Notes under the pieces: model-generated | Seen by the model: only the letters and a program-made list of their open reading frames with translations | What the model was told of the DNA's origin: nothing | Database searches by the model: none | Shown: positions 51,875 to 64,000 of the stretch, piece after piece | How the letters are laid out: every line of letters starts with the position of its first letter | Numbering within the stretch: the first letter of the stretch is position 1 | Assembly (NCBI RefSeq): GCF_035084215.1 | Contig: NC_090356.1 | Coordinates: forward strand, 22,940,001 to 23,004,000 | Length of the DNA: 64,000 bases | Reading direction: 5' to 3' | From: Heptranchias perlo | Taxonomy: Eukaryota | Made by a program: the position numbers and the translations under genes

Positions 51875-52276
51875 TCATTCTTACTTCTGAGTGAGGTAGT
51901 TGTGGGTTCAATCACCACTCCACGCTTTGAGTTTATAATCCAAGGTGACACAGCAGTGTGGCACTGAGGGAGTGCTACATTGTCAGAGGTGCTGTACTTC
52001 TGATGAGGTGATCAGATAGATGTAAAAGATCCCATAGCACTATTTGAAGAAGAGTAGGGAGTTCTCTCAGTGTCTTGACCAAGATTCATCCCTCAACCAG
52101 CACCATCAAAAACAGATTAACTGGTCATTTATCTCATTTGCTGTTTGTGGGACCTTGCTGTGTGCAAATTGGCTGCTGCGTTTGGCTGTAATTCAAATGT
52201 AATTCATTGGCTGTGAAGCAGCTTGGGATGTCCTGAGGATGTGAAAGGTGCAGTATAAATACAAGTTCTTTCTTTC
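51875..52276 (+). mobile_element. Deu-domain SINE, CLDN16-like intron 2
   Basis: Same core and tail. Confidence 0.8.
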
Positions 52277-52844
52277 TGGTACGAATGCATTAATTTAAAT
52301 GGATGGAAAATCAGGCACTGCTAGCACTCAACCAGGAAATACGCCCTCCAATTTTCGTCTAGCACTGGGATAATGGAGCTGGAGTTAGCTGTCTAAACCC
52401 TGGGAGGCAGCTCACAGATTCCGGTCTCCCAGAATCTAAACTAAAATAGCATCAGTAGAAAAACTGCTTCGAAGTGATCATAGAAAGGGTTCCATTCCCT
52501 CTGGTACTTTGCTTTGCCTTAACCCATTCATGTAAAATTCCTTTGACTTCTAATCTAATGCATTTATTAACCCATTTATTTTAACAAGAGTGTTAACATA
52601 GTGCACAAAGGAACCTTAAGTGAACTGGTTAACCAGTGGACTATAAGAAGAAGTTGAACCCCAACGAAATATGCTCATTCCCTGGACACCAGTACCCAGT
52701 GTCAGCATCAAGGACTCTCTCAAACCAGCCACCCTATTGGTTCTTCGGGTAATTTAGCATCAGTCGGTGACAAATTAAGGGCAGTTGTGGATTCAAACCC
52801 ATTAGGAATTAGGTTGAGAAAACACCAAACTCATTGCAACATTA

Positions 52845-53335
52845 ACAATAACTTGTATCTATATACTGGTAAAATATTTCACAGGAGTGTAATCAGACAG
52901 AAATTGACACCGAGAAGGAGACATTAGGACAGGCGACCAAATGCTTGGTCAAAGAGGTAGGTTTTAAGTAGCATCTTAAAGGAGGAGAGAGAGGTGGAGA
53001 AGTGAAGAGGTTTGGGGGGGAATTCTAGAGCTTAGGGCCTAGACGGTTGAAGGCACGGCTGCCATTGGTGAGGCGAAGGAAGTGGGGTTGCACAAGAGGC
53101 CAGAGTTGGAGGAACACAGAGTTCTTGTAGGGTTGTGGGGCTGGAGGAGGTTACTGAGATAGGGAGGGGAGAGGCCATGGAGGAATTTGAACACAAGGAT
53201 AAGAATTTTATAATTGTGGCGTTGCCGGACCGGGAGCCAATGTAAGCCAACGAGCACAGGGTTGATGGGTGGATGGGACTTGGTGCGAGTTAGGGTATGG
53301 GCAGCAGAGTTTTGGATGAGCTCAGTGGAGGGTGG
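52845..53335 (-). mobile_element. L2-type LINE 3' fragment (second piece 53520-53900)
   Basis: ELIQNSAAHTLTRTKSHPPINPVLVGLHWLPVRQRHNYKILILVFKFLHGLSPPYLSNLL, typical L2 ORF2 C-terminus. Confidence 0.85.
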
Positions 53336-54559
53336 ATCACTTAGAATCCTCCTAGCTATCAGAGAAAGGAAACTTCCATCCCATTCAAGCCCTGGTGGTG
53401 ATACAGAGAAGAGCCATGAGGTTAGAGTTACTATATTGATGTATGAGGAAAGATTAGAGAAACTTGGGCTCTTCATCCTTAAGAGGAGGGAGTTGAAAGA
53501 GATCTTATAAGGGTGTATAACAACAGCCACGTGCATTTTTATAGCGCCTCTTAAATAGAAAAAACATCCCAAGACGCTTCATGGAGGCATGAGGGAAATA
53601 AAACAGACACCGAGCTAAAGGAGGGATTTGAAGGGGTGAACGTAAGCTTAGTCAAAGAGGTAGGTTTTAAGGAAAGTCTTCAAGGAGGAGAGTTAGGTGG
53701 AGGGGTTCAGCGAAGGGAATTCCAGAGATTGGGACCTATGAAGATGAAGGCATGGCTGCCAATGTTGGGGCAAGGGGGGAGGAATCCTGAGGCCAAAGGA
53801 ATGCAGAGTTCTGGGGGAGGAAGACTATAGAGCTAGAGGAGATTGTAGAGATAGGGAAGAGTGAGGCCATGGAGGGATTTAATGACAAGGACAAGAAAAT
53901 AAGAATATATTTAAGCTATAGGATGCACAAGTTAAATCTAGACCACCACTTCCAGGTAAATCGTAACATTAGGACAAGGGGCTGAGGTTCAAACTGGGGA
54001 AAAACATAGGAATGCTGTCAGCTCGTTCTTCTTTGCATGAAGAATGATCAACACTGGGAATGGGTCAGATAGTGAGGCAAAAATTCTGGAATAGTTTAGG
54101 AGCCAGGCAGATGCTATGACGAGGGCCAAATCACCGTCCTTACTTTTTATCCTGCTTTGCCCTGTACTTCCAAGAGTCTGAACCAGATTCAAACTGTCTC
54201 AGAGGTTAAAGGTCAATTGTTCAAAACAAAAGCCACCCCACAACCCTTAACAAATTACAAATGAGATTCAGTATCAAATAAGGAAGAGCAGTCACTCTTT
54301 GATCATTTAATTTTCAGAGCTTTTATATCTAATTTTATTTATTTATGTTGAATGCACAATTAGAAACAGATGTGCAATTGTGAAATATTTCACTCCAAAT
54401 AAGCAACAAAATAAATCCCAGTGAAAGGGTCATTTTTTTTACATAATGGGATAGAAAAGGTAAACCTGACACAATACTTTTAAATCCATTGAGGTAACAG
54501 GATAAGAGGGTTTAGGGTTATGAACAACAAGTTAGGGACAGATGGTAAGACCAAACAAA

Positions 54560-54995
54560 CTTTCATTTATATAGTGCCTTTCATCATCTCAGGGCATCCC
54601 AAAGCACTTTACAGCCAATGAAGTACTTTTGAAATGTGGTCACAGTTATAATGTAGGGAACCACGACAGCCAATTTGTGCCCAGCAAGGTCCCACAAACA
54701 GTAATTAGATAAATGACCAGATAATTTGTTTTTGTGGTGTCAGTTGAGGGCTAAATATTTGTAAGATACTGGGGGAACTCCCTTGCTCTTCTTTGAAAAG
54801 TGCCATGGGATCTTTTATGTCTACCCGAGAGGTTTAACATCTCTTCTGAAAGACGGCACCTCTGGCAGTGCAGCACTCCCTCAGTACTTCACTGGAGTGT
54901 CAGCCCAAATTATTGCTCAGGTCTCTGGAGTGACGCTTAAATACACAACCTTCTGACTCAGAGGCAAGAGCGTTACCACTGAGCCAAGGCTAACA
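54560..54995 (-). mobile_element. Deu-domain SINE, CLDN16-like intron 2
   Basis: Same head, core and tail on - strand. Confidence 0.83.
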
Positions 54996-55432
54996 ACTTG
55001 TATTTCTTTACATGGGGGTTCACTAATGTACTTTAGGAAAGGAAACTTGCCCTCCTTACTTGCTCTGACCTATATGTGACTCCAGTCCACACCAACGTAG
55101 TTGACTCTTAACTGCCCTCCAAAGTGGCCTACCAAGTCACTCAGCTGTATCAAACTGCAATAAGTGTTAGCCTTACAAGCAACTCTTATATCCTGAGAAT
55201 GAATGAAAAAAACCTGGGGCAGATTGCAAGGAAGGGTTGTTGAAGCCAGAGTACTGGACTCAATTAAGAAACAGCTAAATACTGTAATGGAAAAATACCC
55301 TCAGTGGTATTCAGGAAGGATGAGATCATGAGGGCCGATGGGCTCTCTTCATCTGACTCTATCTTGAGGCATTTGTGACATCTAATATAAATATATTAAG
55401 TGAGTTTCTTTCTTTCTCTCCTTTTCTTCCAG

Positions 55433-55597
55433 TTAAGATAGTGCTCACTCGAGCGCTAATGATTACAGCAGACATTCTGGCAGGCTTTGCACTTATTATA
55501 TTAATTTTGGGATTGGACTGTGTGAAGATTCTAAGAGATGAACCTCAGATCAAATTAAGGATCTGTTACATGGCAGGCTTCATTTTTGGAATAGGAG
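55433..55597 (+). CDS. CLDN16: Claudin-16-like coding exon 3, 165 nt
   Basis: Long pyrimidine tract plus AG ending 55432; (L)[54 protein letters not shown]; donor GTAAGA at 55598. Confidence 0.95.
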
Positions 55598-56537
55598 GTA
55601 AGACTGACTCATTTAATTGATTTGGTAACACATTTCTTAAAGGGTGCTTGGTGAAATAATTGAAGAGTTCTCCCGATGGCACAATTGGTTTGTGCACGAC
55701 CTGATATGGACCTGAGCCATGTGGACCAGGAAGATCCTAAGTTTTATTGCTGACTTGTGTTCACTGAGCTGGTTTCAGGCTATGGATGTGCTACAATTAG
55801 CCTTCGTGTTCCAGGTAGCCAGGGGCAAAATCAGCCAGGGTTCCCGCTTCTGATTTCTCTCGCCGCTGGCAAATGCTAATGTGTGGATATTGGATGAGGA
55901 CAGGATTGGGCTTTGCTGTAAAGCCCTCAATTATTGACTAGCCTGATTAAGATAATGTCAATCCGAAAATCTGGGCTTCACTGACTGGGATCGGACATGA
56001 AAAATGGATTCTTGGATGAGCCACCAAAAGCTGTGGAACCAAAATCCAGTAACAGTCATCACCTTCAGGAGAGAGGGAAGGGAATTGGGGATTTTTTTTT
56101 AATATGTGCACTATCATTATTAAAAAAACCTCTTAGGGACCATTTTTATGTGTCTGTCCAAACAATGTGATGTAATGATGTAAATTATCCATTGTTTTAT
56201 TGAAAAGCCATAGAAAACCAAGGTCTATAGATACCACTAATGTTGAAACGAGTGGGAAAGAAGATGAGATCATTCAAGAAGCAGGGGTTAGGTGGCATAA
56301 AGCTTGGACTTTCAAACCCTGTAAATTGTAGGAGGAAGGGAAGACTGGGGGCATATGATACTTTAGAGTAAGGCCTATACAGTTCATTCTCAGTCATTAG
56401 CAAATGTAGTGTCTTGAGACCCACTGGAAGCAATTTTAAGTTTTTTTAACGTGTTAGGATTATGTTGGTATTGAGGGTGGTTGAGGCCAAGTCTCTGGAC
56501 ACATTGAAGAAACAGCTAAATGGAAAAATAGTTAGTT

Positions 56538-56710
56538 AATGGGATGACACTAGGATTGTCAATGGGAAAACATTAGGGTTGACAATGGGAAAGCATTAGG
56601 GTTGGTAATGGGATACATTAGGGTTGGTAATGGGATACATTAGGGTTGGTAATTGGAAACATTAGGATTGTAGGGTTGTAATGAGAAACATTAGGGTTGA
56701 TAATGGGAAG
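56538..56710. repeat. ~22-bp tandem repeat containing TTAGGG
   Basis: cattagggttggtaatgggata units, about 7-8 copies. Confidence 0.85.
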
Positions 56711-56855
56711 ATGGTAAGATTGTTATCCTGGAAAGATGGGATCAAATGGGCTACAGGGTCTTCTTTATCCAAAATCTGTCTTGTAACTGTGTGAAGCCCT
56801 CGGTAAGATGGAATGTATAAAGCTGTAAATTGACTTGGTGACTGTCTGTCTGCAG

Positions 56856-57047
56856 GTATCCCAGGTATGATCGGTTCAGTGTGGTACGCTGTGGATGTGT
56901 ATGTGGAAAGAGCTACACTGGTACTGCAGAATGTGTTTTTAGGAATTCAGTACGAATTTGGTTGGTCCTGCTGGTTGGGAATGGCTGGGTCGACAGGCTG
57001 CTTCCTGGCTTCCATCGTGTTAACCTGTTGCCTCTATCTTTTCAGAG
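56856..57047 (+). CDS. CLDN16: Claudin-16-like coding exon 4, 192 nt
   Basis: Acceptor tgcAG ends 56855; (G)[63 protein letters not shown]; donor GTAAGT at 57048. Confidence 0.95.
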
Positions 57048-57403
57048 GTAAGTTGTATCCAACTTTAGTCCCTCCACAACAATTAGCTGTCTTCCTCTTC
57101 CTAGTGCCCTGTATTACTGTGGCACAAATAATGGGAATTACATCGTACGATATACTCAATGATATTTGCACTTTATTACAATATGCCCGCCCATATTTAG
57201 ATGGAATCATTGGATGTTTGACGGGGCTTCTGGGGGGATATCCAGGAAGTGTGGATGACTAGTCAGCACAGCTTTCTGCCCGATTTTCTGCTCCCGCCTT
57301 TTGGAGTCATACCAGAGAACTGGCATAGCTGCAGAGGAAAATCGGCCTCTGCACTCTTAAAAACCCCATCTGGAATGACACTTATTTCTGTTTTCTTAAA
57401 CAG

Positions 57404-57492
57404 ATTCTAGAACTGCACGATCCAACCTATCCTTCTATCAATATGGAAGAACAGCCACTGGCAAAATGTACGCCATGGATTCACGAGTCTAG
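57404..57492 (+). CDS. CLDN16: Claudin-16-like coding exon 5 (cytoplasmic tail); full CDS 663 nt, 220 aa
   Basis: Acceptor aaacAG ends 57403; (D)SRTARSNLSFYQYGRTATGKMYAMDSRV*, resembling recalled human end RTETAKMYAVDTRV; TAG at 57490-57492. Confidence 0.93.
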
Positions 57493-57733
57493 ATGCATCT
57501 CCTCTAGAACTGTGTACCAGACTTAAATGTAACAGCTTCTCCTGTCCGTCAAAGGACATATTGCACCCTTAAAAAAGGTGAAAGGCTACATATTGCAGCT
57601 GGTTTTAATTGTTAATGCTTTTGAATTGTTTTTTGTGTACACCGAATCACAAAGAGGAGGCACTGATGTAGTTTAGTTAAATACAATCATCGAGTACAAT
57701 CACAAATTTCTATTTAGAGCAGTAAATTGTTTT

Positions 57734-57739
57734 AATAAA
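57734..57739 (+). terminator. Probable polyadenylation signal of the CLDN16-like gene (second AATAAA at 57789)
   Basis: AATAAA about 240 nt after the stop codon. Confidence 0.6.
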
Positions 57740-58522
57740 TCCTTTACGTGCAGTTGTGATGAAAAGCTTGATGTCACATGACGAAAAGAATAAAATGTAC
57801 CTTTGGAAAGTGTGAATCAGTTCTATATTTCAAATCTGTGCAGTGCCTGAAGTAAATTATGAATGAATGAACATGCTAATTGCTCAATGGAATTTTAAGT
57901 AAGGTAATGAAGTGGAAATATCGTGGAAACTGTTGCCCAAGGGGTATAAATAGTGGCTTGAACCTTGGTGCCTTTAACTCTCAAGGGCAAAGACCTGACT
58001 GTTAGGTAATCTGTACTGTTTGTAAAGGATTACAGCACTTTTAGATTTTTTTTAATTGGGAAAACTGGATGAAGAGCCAAAGACTCAAGGTGCAGGATAC
58101 AGTCAAGGTTGAAAAAAGTAGGAGCGAAGATGAGGTCAATCTGGAAGTAGTAATTATGTGGTGCCAAGATCATCTTTTAAAACCTGTAAATTTTAGGAGG
58201 AAGGGATGTCCCAGGGAGGTAAGAAGTTCCATTGTTTTTTGAGTCACTGGGATAGGATGAGTTAGAGCAGGCGACAGTACGGTGAGACTTGATTTCAACA
58301 CGGTGAGGAAGAAGTATTTCTGTGCTGTTGGATCTTTTGGACTTCTCAAAGACAAGATGAGGTAAATCAGGGAGCAGTGATTATATGACACTAAGTTTGG
58401 ATATCTATTCATTGAGTGTTAATCCAAGAGGAAACAAATGTTGTCCAGAGAGAGATTTCATCTCACCATCATTAGTGGATGCTTCTATCTTCCTCAACTA
58501 TTATTTCATGCTTCTGATGGAT

Positions 58523-58925
58523 TCCCCCAATGGCTCAGTAGGTAACCACACCACCTGATGTAGTATTAAGCTATAGACATCAAGAAGGTTCCAAGTACAA
58601 TCCCCAGTCAATTGGCACGTTTCAGCCAGGACAACAGTAGAAATCCTACAGTTAGCCTTGATGCCCTAGGGCTATTGAGAGAAAAATCAGCCAGAGTTCC
58701 TGCTTCTGATTCCTACCAAGCTACTCCTACTGTAAGGTGCATGTGTGTGCATATTGGGTGAGAGACAGAGTTTGGCTTCCTTCATGGTCAAATACTGACG
58801 GAAACTCACTGTCCAGGCTCACACGATGAATGGCCTCTTGGAAGAACCACAGGAAGATGACTGGTATCGTGGAATCTTATCCCAGCATGAGCCAGTCCTT
58901 CAGGAGTGGAGGGAGGAAATTGGAC
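58523..58925 (+). mobile_element. Old unnamed SINE-like family, most complete copy
   Basis: A box tggctcagtagg; shared blocks aaaatcagccag..ttcctgcttctgat and gtccttcaggag; diverged copies at ~55668-56090, 17638-17985, 16985-17350, 11165-11480, 26290-26620, 46480-46785, 61100-61390 (+) and 9990-10262, 15590-15920, 29690-30060, 42000-42285, 60340-60735 (-). Confidence 0.65.
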
Positions 58926-61900
58926 AAACCTGTTGCTTTCTTGCTTGTAGTTGTCCTGGCATGAGGTTTTAGAGGTAATTCTGCAATCTCATGCTCCCAG
59001 TGGGGAGCAGCCTTGCAGCAAACACATTTCAGGAAACCTGGTGCTCCCTGGAAACGTCGGATTGCACAATCAGCCCTTTTATTCCTTCTCAGCTGTGAAT
59101 AGTACATTTTTGGTTAGATGAGAATTGTCCATTTAATATTTATATCCTGATCAACAGACTCTGCATTGCTGAAGAATGTCAGCAATTGATATCAGACTGA
59201 ACGACTGACAGATTTATTTATAACTTATTTCTGATTACTTACTTTGCATATATTCCTCATTACATGTTTTTATTGAAATATCTACACCCTGAGTTTGCCA
59301 TTAGGTTGAGGACCATGATTTAAAGAGCTGTGCAGAAAATTTGGGGTGACGGCAGACTATGGACCGTGGGACAAATCTGTTCCCCTATCGCTGTGCTACA
59401 CAGAATACAGCTCAAGGGGACTTTCAGCCTCCTGCTTTTTCACCGGTGGCCCACAGCATACCAGCTCCTGTGCTTCCGTCCCTTGAACACCCACAACTGT
59501 TCATTCTCTGGCTGTAACAGTGGGAGAAAGGAAGGGGATTCTTTTAGGAAGCAGGGCTATTCCAGGAGTCGCAGAAGAGACTGGGCTCTGTTATGACGAT
59601 TGGACCGGTAATTTCAATAAAACTATTGGTCCTGCAGATATTTCTTTCCCTTCTGTGGGGAAATGCTTGGTGCCCAAAGTAACACACTTGAAATTAAGAG
59701 CTCACTAAATCACAGGCACAGACTCATAGCTCATCAGCATTTTACAGTCTTCTTGAGGATGGCCTTCCAGGAAGACAGGGATTGGGATTGTGACCAAAAA
59801 AAACACTGTCCAAAGGGATGTTAGCCAATATCTACCGATTATAGTCGATGGGAGAGAGTATGTTGGACGTTCCTCTTATTACATGAACTTTAGTCATGAA
59901 AGTATCTTGTTTGGCTTCTTTTACCTGTGTGACAAACTAGTTCACCCATGTTCTTGTAACCCCGTTATTGACTTAGTAAGGTGCCAGTGCCCACATCATG
60001 AAGTAGAATGGACCAAAGCAGTGAATTACCTTAGAAAGTCGTTAGAAAGTGAAATATTGTTTTGAATTTGTTATGTATTGCACGCCTCCTGTACAGATAT
60101 ATTTGGAATGTGGTTGTTATAATTTTTTTCAAAGATGTGCATGTAACAGGGCAGGATGGACTGCAAATATTAAGATTAAAGTTCAGGATTTATGTGGGCT
60201 GCCCTGCTCTGCACTCCTTCTAATGCATCATTGTTCAATTTGAAGGTATGGTGACCAAAGTTATGCATGTTACTGAAATGTGATTTTACTGTACTGCATA
60301 GAATTACACATTCAGACCAATCAATAATAACATTCTATTTACCTTGGTCTTTAAAAACTTTCTTTCTCCACATCAGACAGTGCTCACTCTTCCTTGTATA
60401 TGGTACCACATGGACCAGCAGACCTCCAGCACCTCGCCTAAGTGGCCAATCTTGACCGTGAACATATTTGTCCATGGAGCTGAGCACAGTCTTGCTCTTG
60501 TGGAATGTCCATACATGCACACTTTCCAGCAGGGGCCATTGGATAACAACCAGGAATGGGAACGCTGGATAATTTCCCCCTCTCTAGCCCAGGGGTCTTG
60601 ATGCCAATTAGAGCCCCCCTGCTGCTGCCCTACATGAGATCAGCGAGTGCAGCACACATCGGGAATTGAATCCGAGACCTTGTGGCATTTATGTCTTAGT
60701 ATGGCAACAATACCCACTAGACCACCAGGGAGCCTTGATTCCCGTTAATCACCAACTAGCATTGTGAAGGCAAGACTTTTTAAAGATTCATATACAGCCA
60801 CTGCTCTCCCTTTCAAAATATGTCCATTCCACTCACATTTCAATGTTATTCACACTCGCGTCAATAAATTTGGATTGAACAGACTGTTCTAATCATTTGC
60901 TCAGTGGAAGAGACTCCATGGATCCCTCTGAATAAGGTTTGCTTCAGTTACCTACATAATCTTGTGCTATTTTTAAAAAACTTTTGCTTTTGATATATTT
61001 GTTTATCACTGATGATAGAACCACTGAGATAAAGTACTTCAACTATCTTGTGATTCAAATTGTGCTAATTCATTTGTGACGTTCAGTGGTCCGTGGTGAA
61101 TTAACTGATTTCAGCTAGCTCAGCACCAAAATTGACCACAGTGCCACTGGCCTAGAGAGTGGAAGGAGGGATGATTCCACTCCTGATCACCATCAGATGA
61201 TCCTTGCTGGGCAGTGCACTTCAATGGCCCTCAGGTGAGGGCAGGTTTGGGGGTGATGCTACTTCATAATCAAGTAGCCTTCCACCTATCATATCAAGGC
61301 CCACACACACAGAATAGCTACTTGGGTGAGGTAGTGGAGGGCTGTTAGCTCCCTCACAAACCAGCGCCTTTGTGACAGAGAAGTGAAAATAAGATCAGAC
61401 AAATACAACTGTTTGATTTTTAAATTGAGCCCTGATGGCAAAACTCAATATTCAAACAGTTAGAGGGAAGAAATTAAGACCGCTGCTCACATGGACATTT
61501 AATGCTCTTTGTACCAAATTCTGTTCTGTGCAATTAAAATAAACAGCACAGAGAGGAGTTTGATACACGCATGTTAAGCCAATCATGACTGAAACTTAAG
61601 TCTGGGTCGCGTGGCCAGTGAGCACCGTGCATCATCAACCATAGCAACTGCCCATTGATCATTAGAATGCACATTATGGGTTAGGTTTTCTGAATTCGCA
61701 TTTCCAATGCAATCATGGGAGGTTGGCAAGAACCTCGTGGGGCTCACTGACCTCTACGTTTGTATTCCTGGTGCATGAAGCTCAGGGCTAGGAGCACGGA
61801 TTCATAAAATCTACCCCGGTGCTTTCTGGCCAGCACTTGGCACTTCTGCAATAATGAAGCCTCAATGTCATTGGCAAACATCAGCTGTCTGGCTGGGGGC

Positions 61901-62621
61901 CTCCTCCATCTCAGCACCAATTTTTCACTTCGTTGCAGATTTCCTCCTCTTCCTAAAAACTGTGAAAATGTATGAATAGGAGGCTTGGTTCATGAAACAA
62001 GAAACCATGGGTTATAAATTGGGCCACGTAGCATCCATTTTGTATATGCTACGCGGCCTCCTAAGGACCCAAAATAGCATCTGGAATGCGGGCGCACACT
62101 TCTAGCGGGACGTGCACCAAAGGCGTTTTCGCATGTGTGGATAATGAACGCCGGCAGCATGTAAAGTAGGGAGAATATGCAGTAGATCAGTGTGTAACGC
62201 TGATTTAAAGGGACAGATGCGATTTTGCAACTCAACGCTCCAGCCAACGCGCTGTCTTAACCTCGCACAGCTGAACAGGTCGTAAACAGCATGGAGGACA
62301 CCCCAACAGCGCTATTTAAAGGGATCATGCAGGAGTTACAGGTTAGTTGCTGGATTATTGCTTCTAGCTGCTGATGCATTTGTAACTGTTTTTGGAGGTC
62401 TCCTATACTTGAATACTAGAACTAGGGGACATAGCCTAAAAATTAGAGCCAGGACTTGCAGAAGTGAAGTTAGGAAACACTTCTACACGAAAAGGGTGGT
62501 AGAAGTTTGGAGCTCTCTTCCGCAAACAGTGGTTAATGCTAGCTCAATTGTTAATTTTAAATCTGAGGTTGATCGATTTTTGTTAACCAAAGGCATTAAG
62601 GGATATGGGGCTAAGATGGGT

Positions 62622-63256
62622 ATAGAATCATAGAATCATAGAAGTTTACAACATGGAAACAGGCCCTTCGGCCCAACATGTCCATGTCGCCCAGTTTATA
62701 CCACTAAGCTAGTCCCAATTGCCTGCACTTGGCCCATATCCCTCTATACCCATCTTACCCATGTAACTGTCCAAATGCTTTTTAAAAGACAAAATTGTAC
62801 CTGCCTCTACTACTGCCTCTGGCAGCTCGTTCCAGACACTCACCACCCTTTGAGTGAAAAAATTGCCCCTCTGGACCCTTTTGTATCTCTCCCCTCTCAC
62901 CTTAAATCTATGTCCCCTCGTTATAGACTCCCCTACCTTTGGGAAAAGATTTTGACTATCTACCTTATCTATGCCCCTCATTATTTTATAGACTTCTATA
63001 AGATCACCCCTAAACCTCCTACTCTCCAGGGAAAAAAGTCTCAGTCTATCCACCTCTCCCTATAAGTCAAACCATCAAGTCCCGGTAGCATCCGGTAAAT
63101 CTTTTCTGCACTCTTTCTAGTTTAATATCCTTTCTATAATAGGGTGACCAGAACTGTACACAGTATTCCAAATGTGGCCTTGTACAACTTCAATAAGACA
63201 TCCCAACTCCTGTATTCAATGTTCTGACCAATGAAACCAAGCATGCTGAATGCCTT
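62622..63256 (-). mobile_element. CR1 LINE 3' end (HER1-like), nested in an oppositely oriented CR1 tail (62410-63357)
   Basis: ORF LFSLESRRFRGDLIEVYKIMRGIDKV...FFTQRVVSVWNELP; (attctatg)n tail. Confidence 0.9.
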
Positions 63257-63548
63257 ATATGGAGATAGGTCACAGATCAACCATGATCTCATTGAATGGT
63301 GGAACAGGCTCGAGGGACTAAATGGCCTACTCCTGTTCCTATCTTCCTATGTTCCTATAATAAAGTTTCAATACTCTATAGGGAGTGGGTTGACTAGCTG
63401 ACAGACAACAGCAAGGGTACCAGCAGAGTGGCAGGGGTGGGACTGGAATGCTGTCATCCTGAGAGAGGACAGCAGGTTCATATTAAATGGAGCCACTGTC
63501 ACTTGCTGCCTCCTGTTTTGCGCTACTTTCTCCTGCAAGAAAGCGGGA

Positions 63549-64000
63549 CTTTTTTTTTATTCGTTAATGGGATGTGGGCGTCGCTGGCGAGGCCAGCATT
63601 TATTGCCCATCCTTAATTGCCTTTGAGAAGGTGGTGGTGAGCCTTCTTGAACCGCTGCAGTCCGTGTGGTGAAAGTTCTCCCAAACTGCTGTTAGGAAGG
63701 GAGTTCCAGGATTTTGACCCAGCGACGATGAAGGAACGGCGATATATTTCCAAGTCGGGATGGTGTGTGACTCGGAGGGAAACCTGCAGGCTGTTCTCAT
63801 GTGTCTGCTGCCCTTGTCCTTCTAGGTGGTAGAGGTCGCGGGTTTGGGAGGTGCTGTCGAAGAAGCCTTGGCGAGTTGCTGCAGTGCATCCTGTGGATGG
63901 TACACACTGCAGCCACTGTGCACCAGTGATGAAGGGAGTGAATGTTTATGGTGGTAGATGGGGTGCCAATCAAATAGGCTGCTTTGTCCTGGATGATGTC
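63549..64000 (-). mobile_element. 3' end of the same LINE family, runs off the window
   Basis: Reverse complement of ~44700-45157. Confidence 0.88.

Noticed and set aside
56197-58412. Shared block aaacctgtaaatt.taggaggaaggg on both sides of CLDN16-like exons 4-5, suggesting local duplication
   Set aside because: Both look like decayed old CR1-type 3' fragments; similarity does not extend into unique sequence

Overview
Repeat-rich vertebrate genomic DNA, most likely from a cartilaginous fish (shark), judged from its Deu-domain SINEs, CR1/L2 LINE tails and Penelope footprints. Two intact spliced tight-junction genes lie head-to-tail on the + strand. Claudin-19 has ATG 27095, 4 coding exons giving 209 aa ending EYV, plus an alternative 5th exon at 40271-40319 giving 222 aa ending EQYL. 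A claudin-16-like gene has ATG 47277, 5 coding exons to 57492, 220 aa ending DSRV. In mammals CLDN16 and CLDN19 are obligate partners on different chromosomes, so this ~7-kb-spaced tandem pair is the main finding. CLDN19 intron 3 holds a 4.65-kb non-autonomous LTR element with a tRNA-Asn-like PBS. It has captured an intronless fragment of the host ERLEC1 gene, and its 5' LTR carries a 93-bp-arm Penelope palindrome with a minimal hammerhead ribozyme on each strand. The rest is SINEs, LINE fragments, MITEs and minisatellites; no other protein-coding gene was recognised. Comparisons to human proteins and repeat consensuses are from recall, not database searches, and most interspersed-repeat boundaries are approximate.
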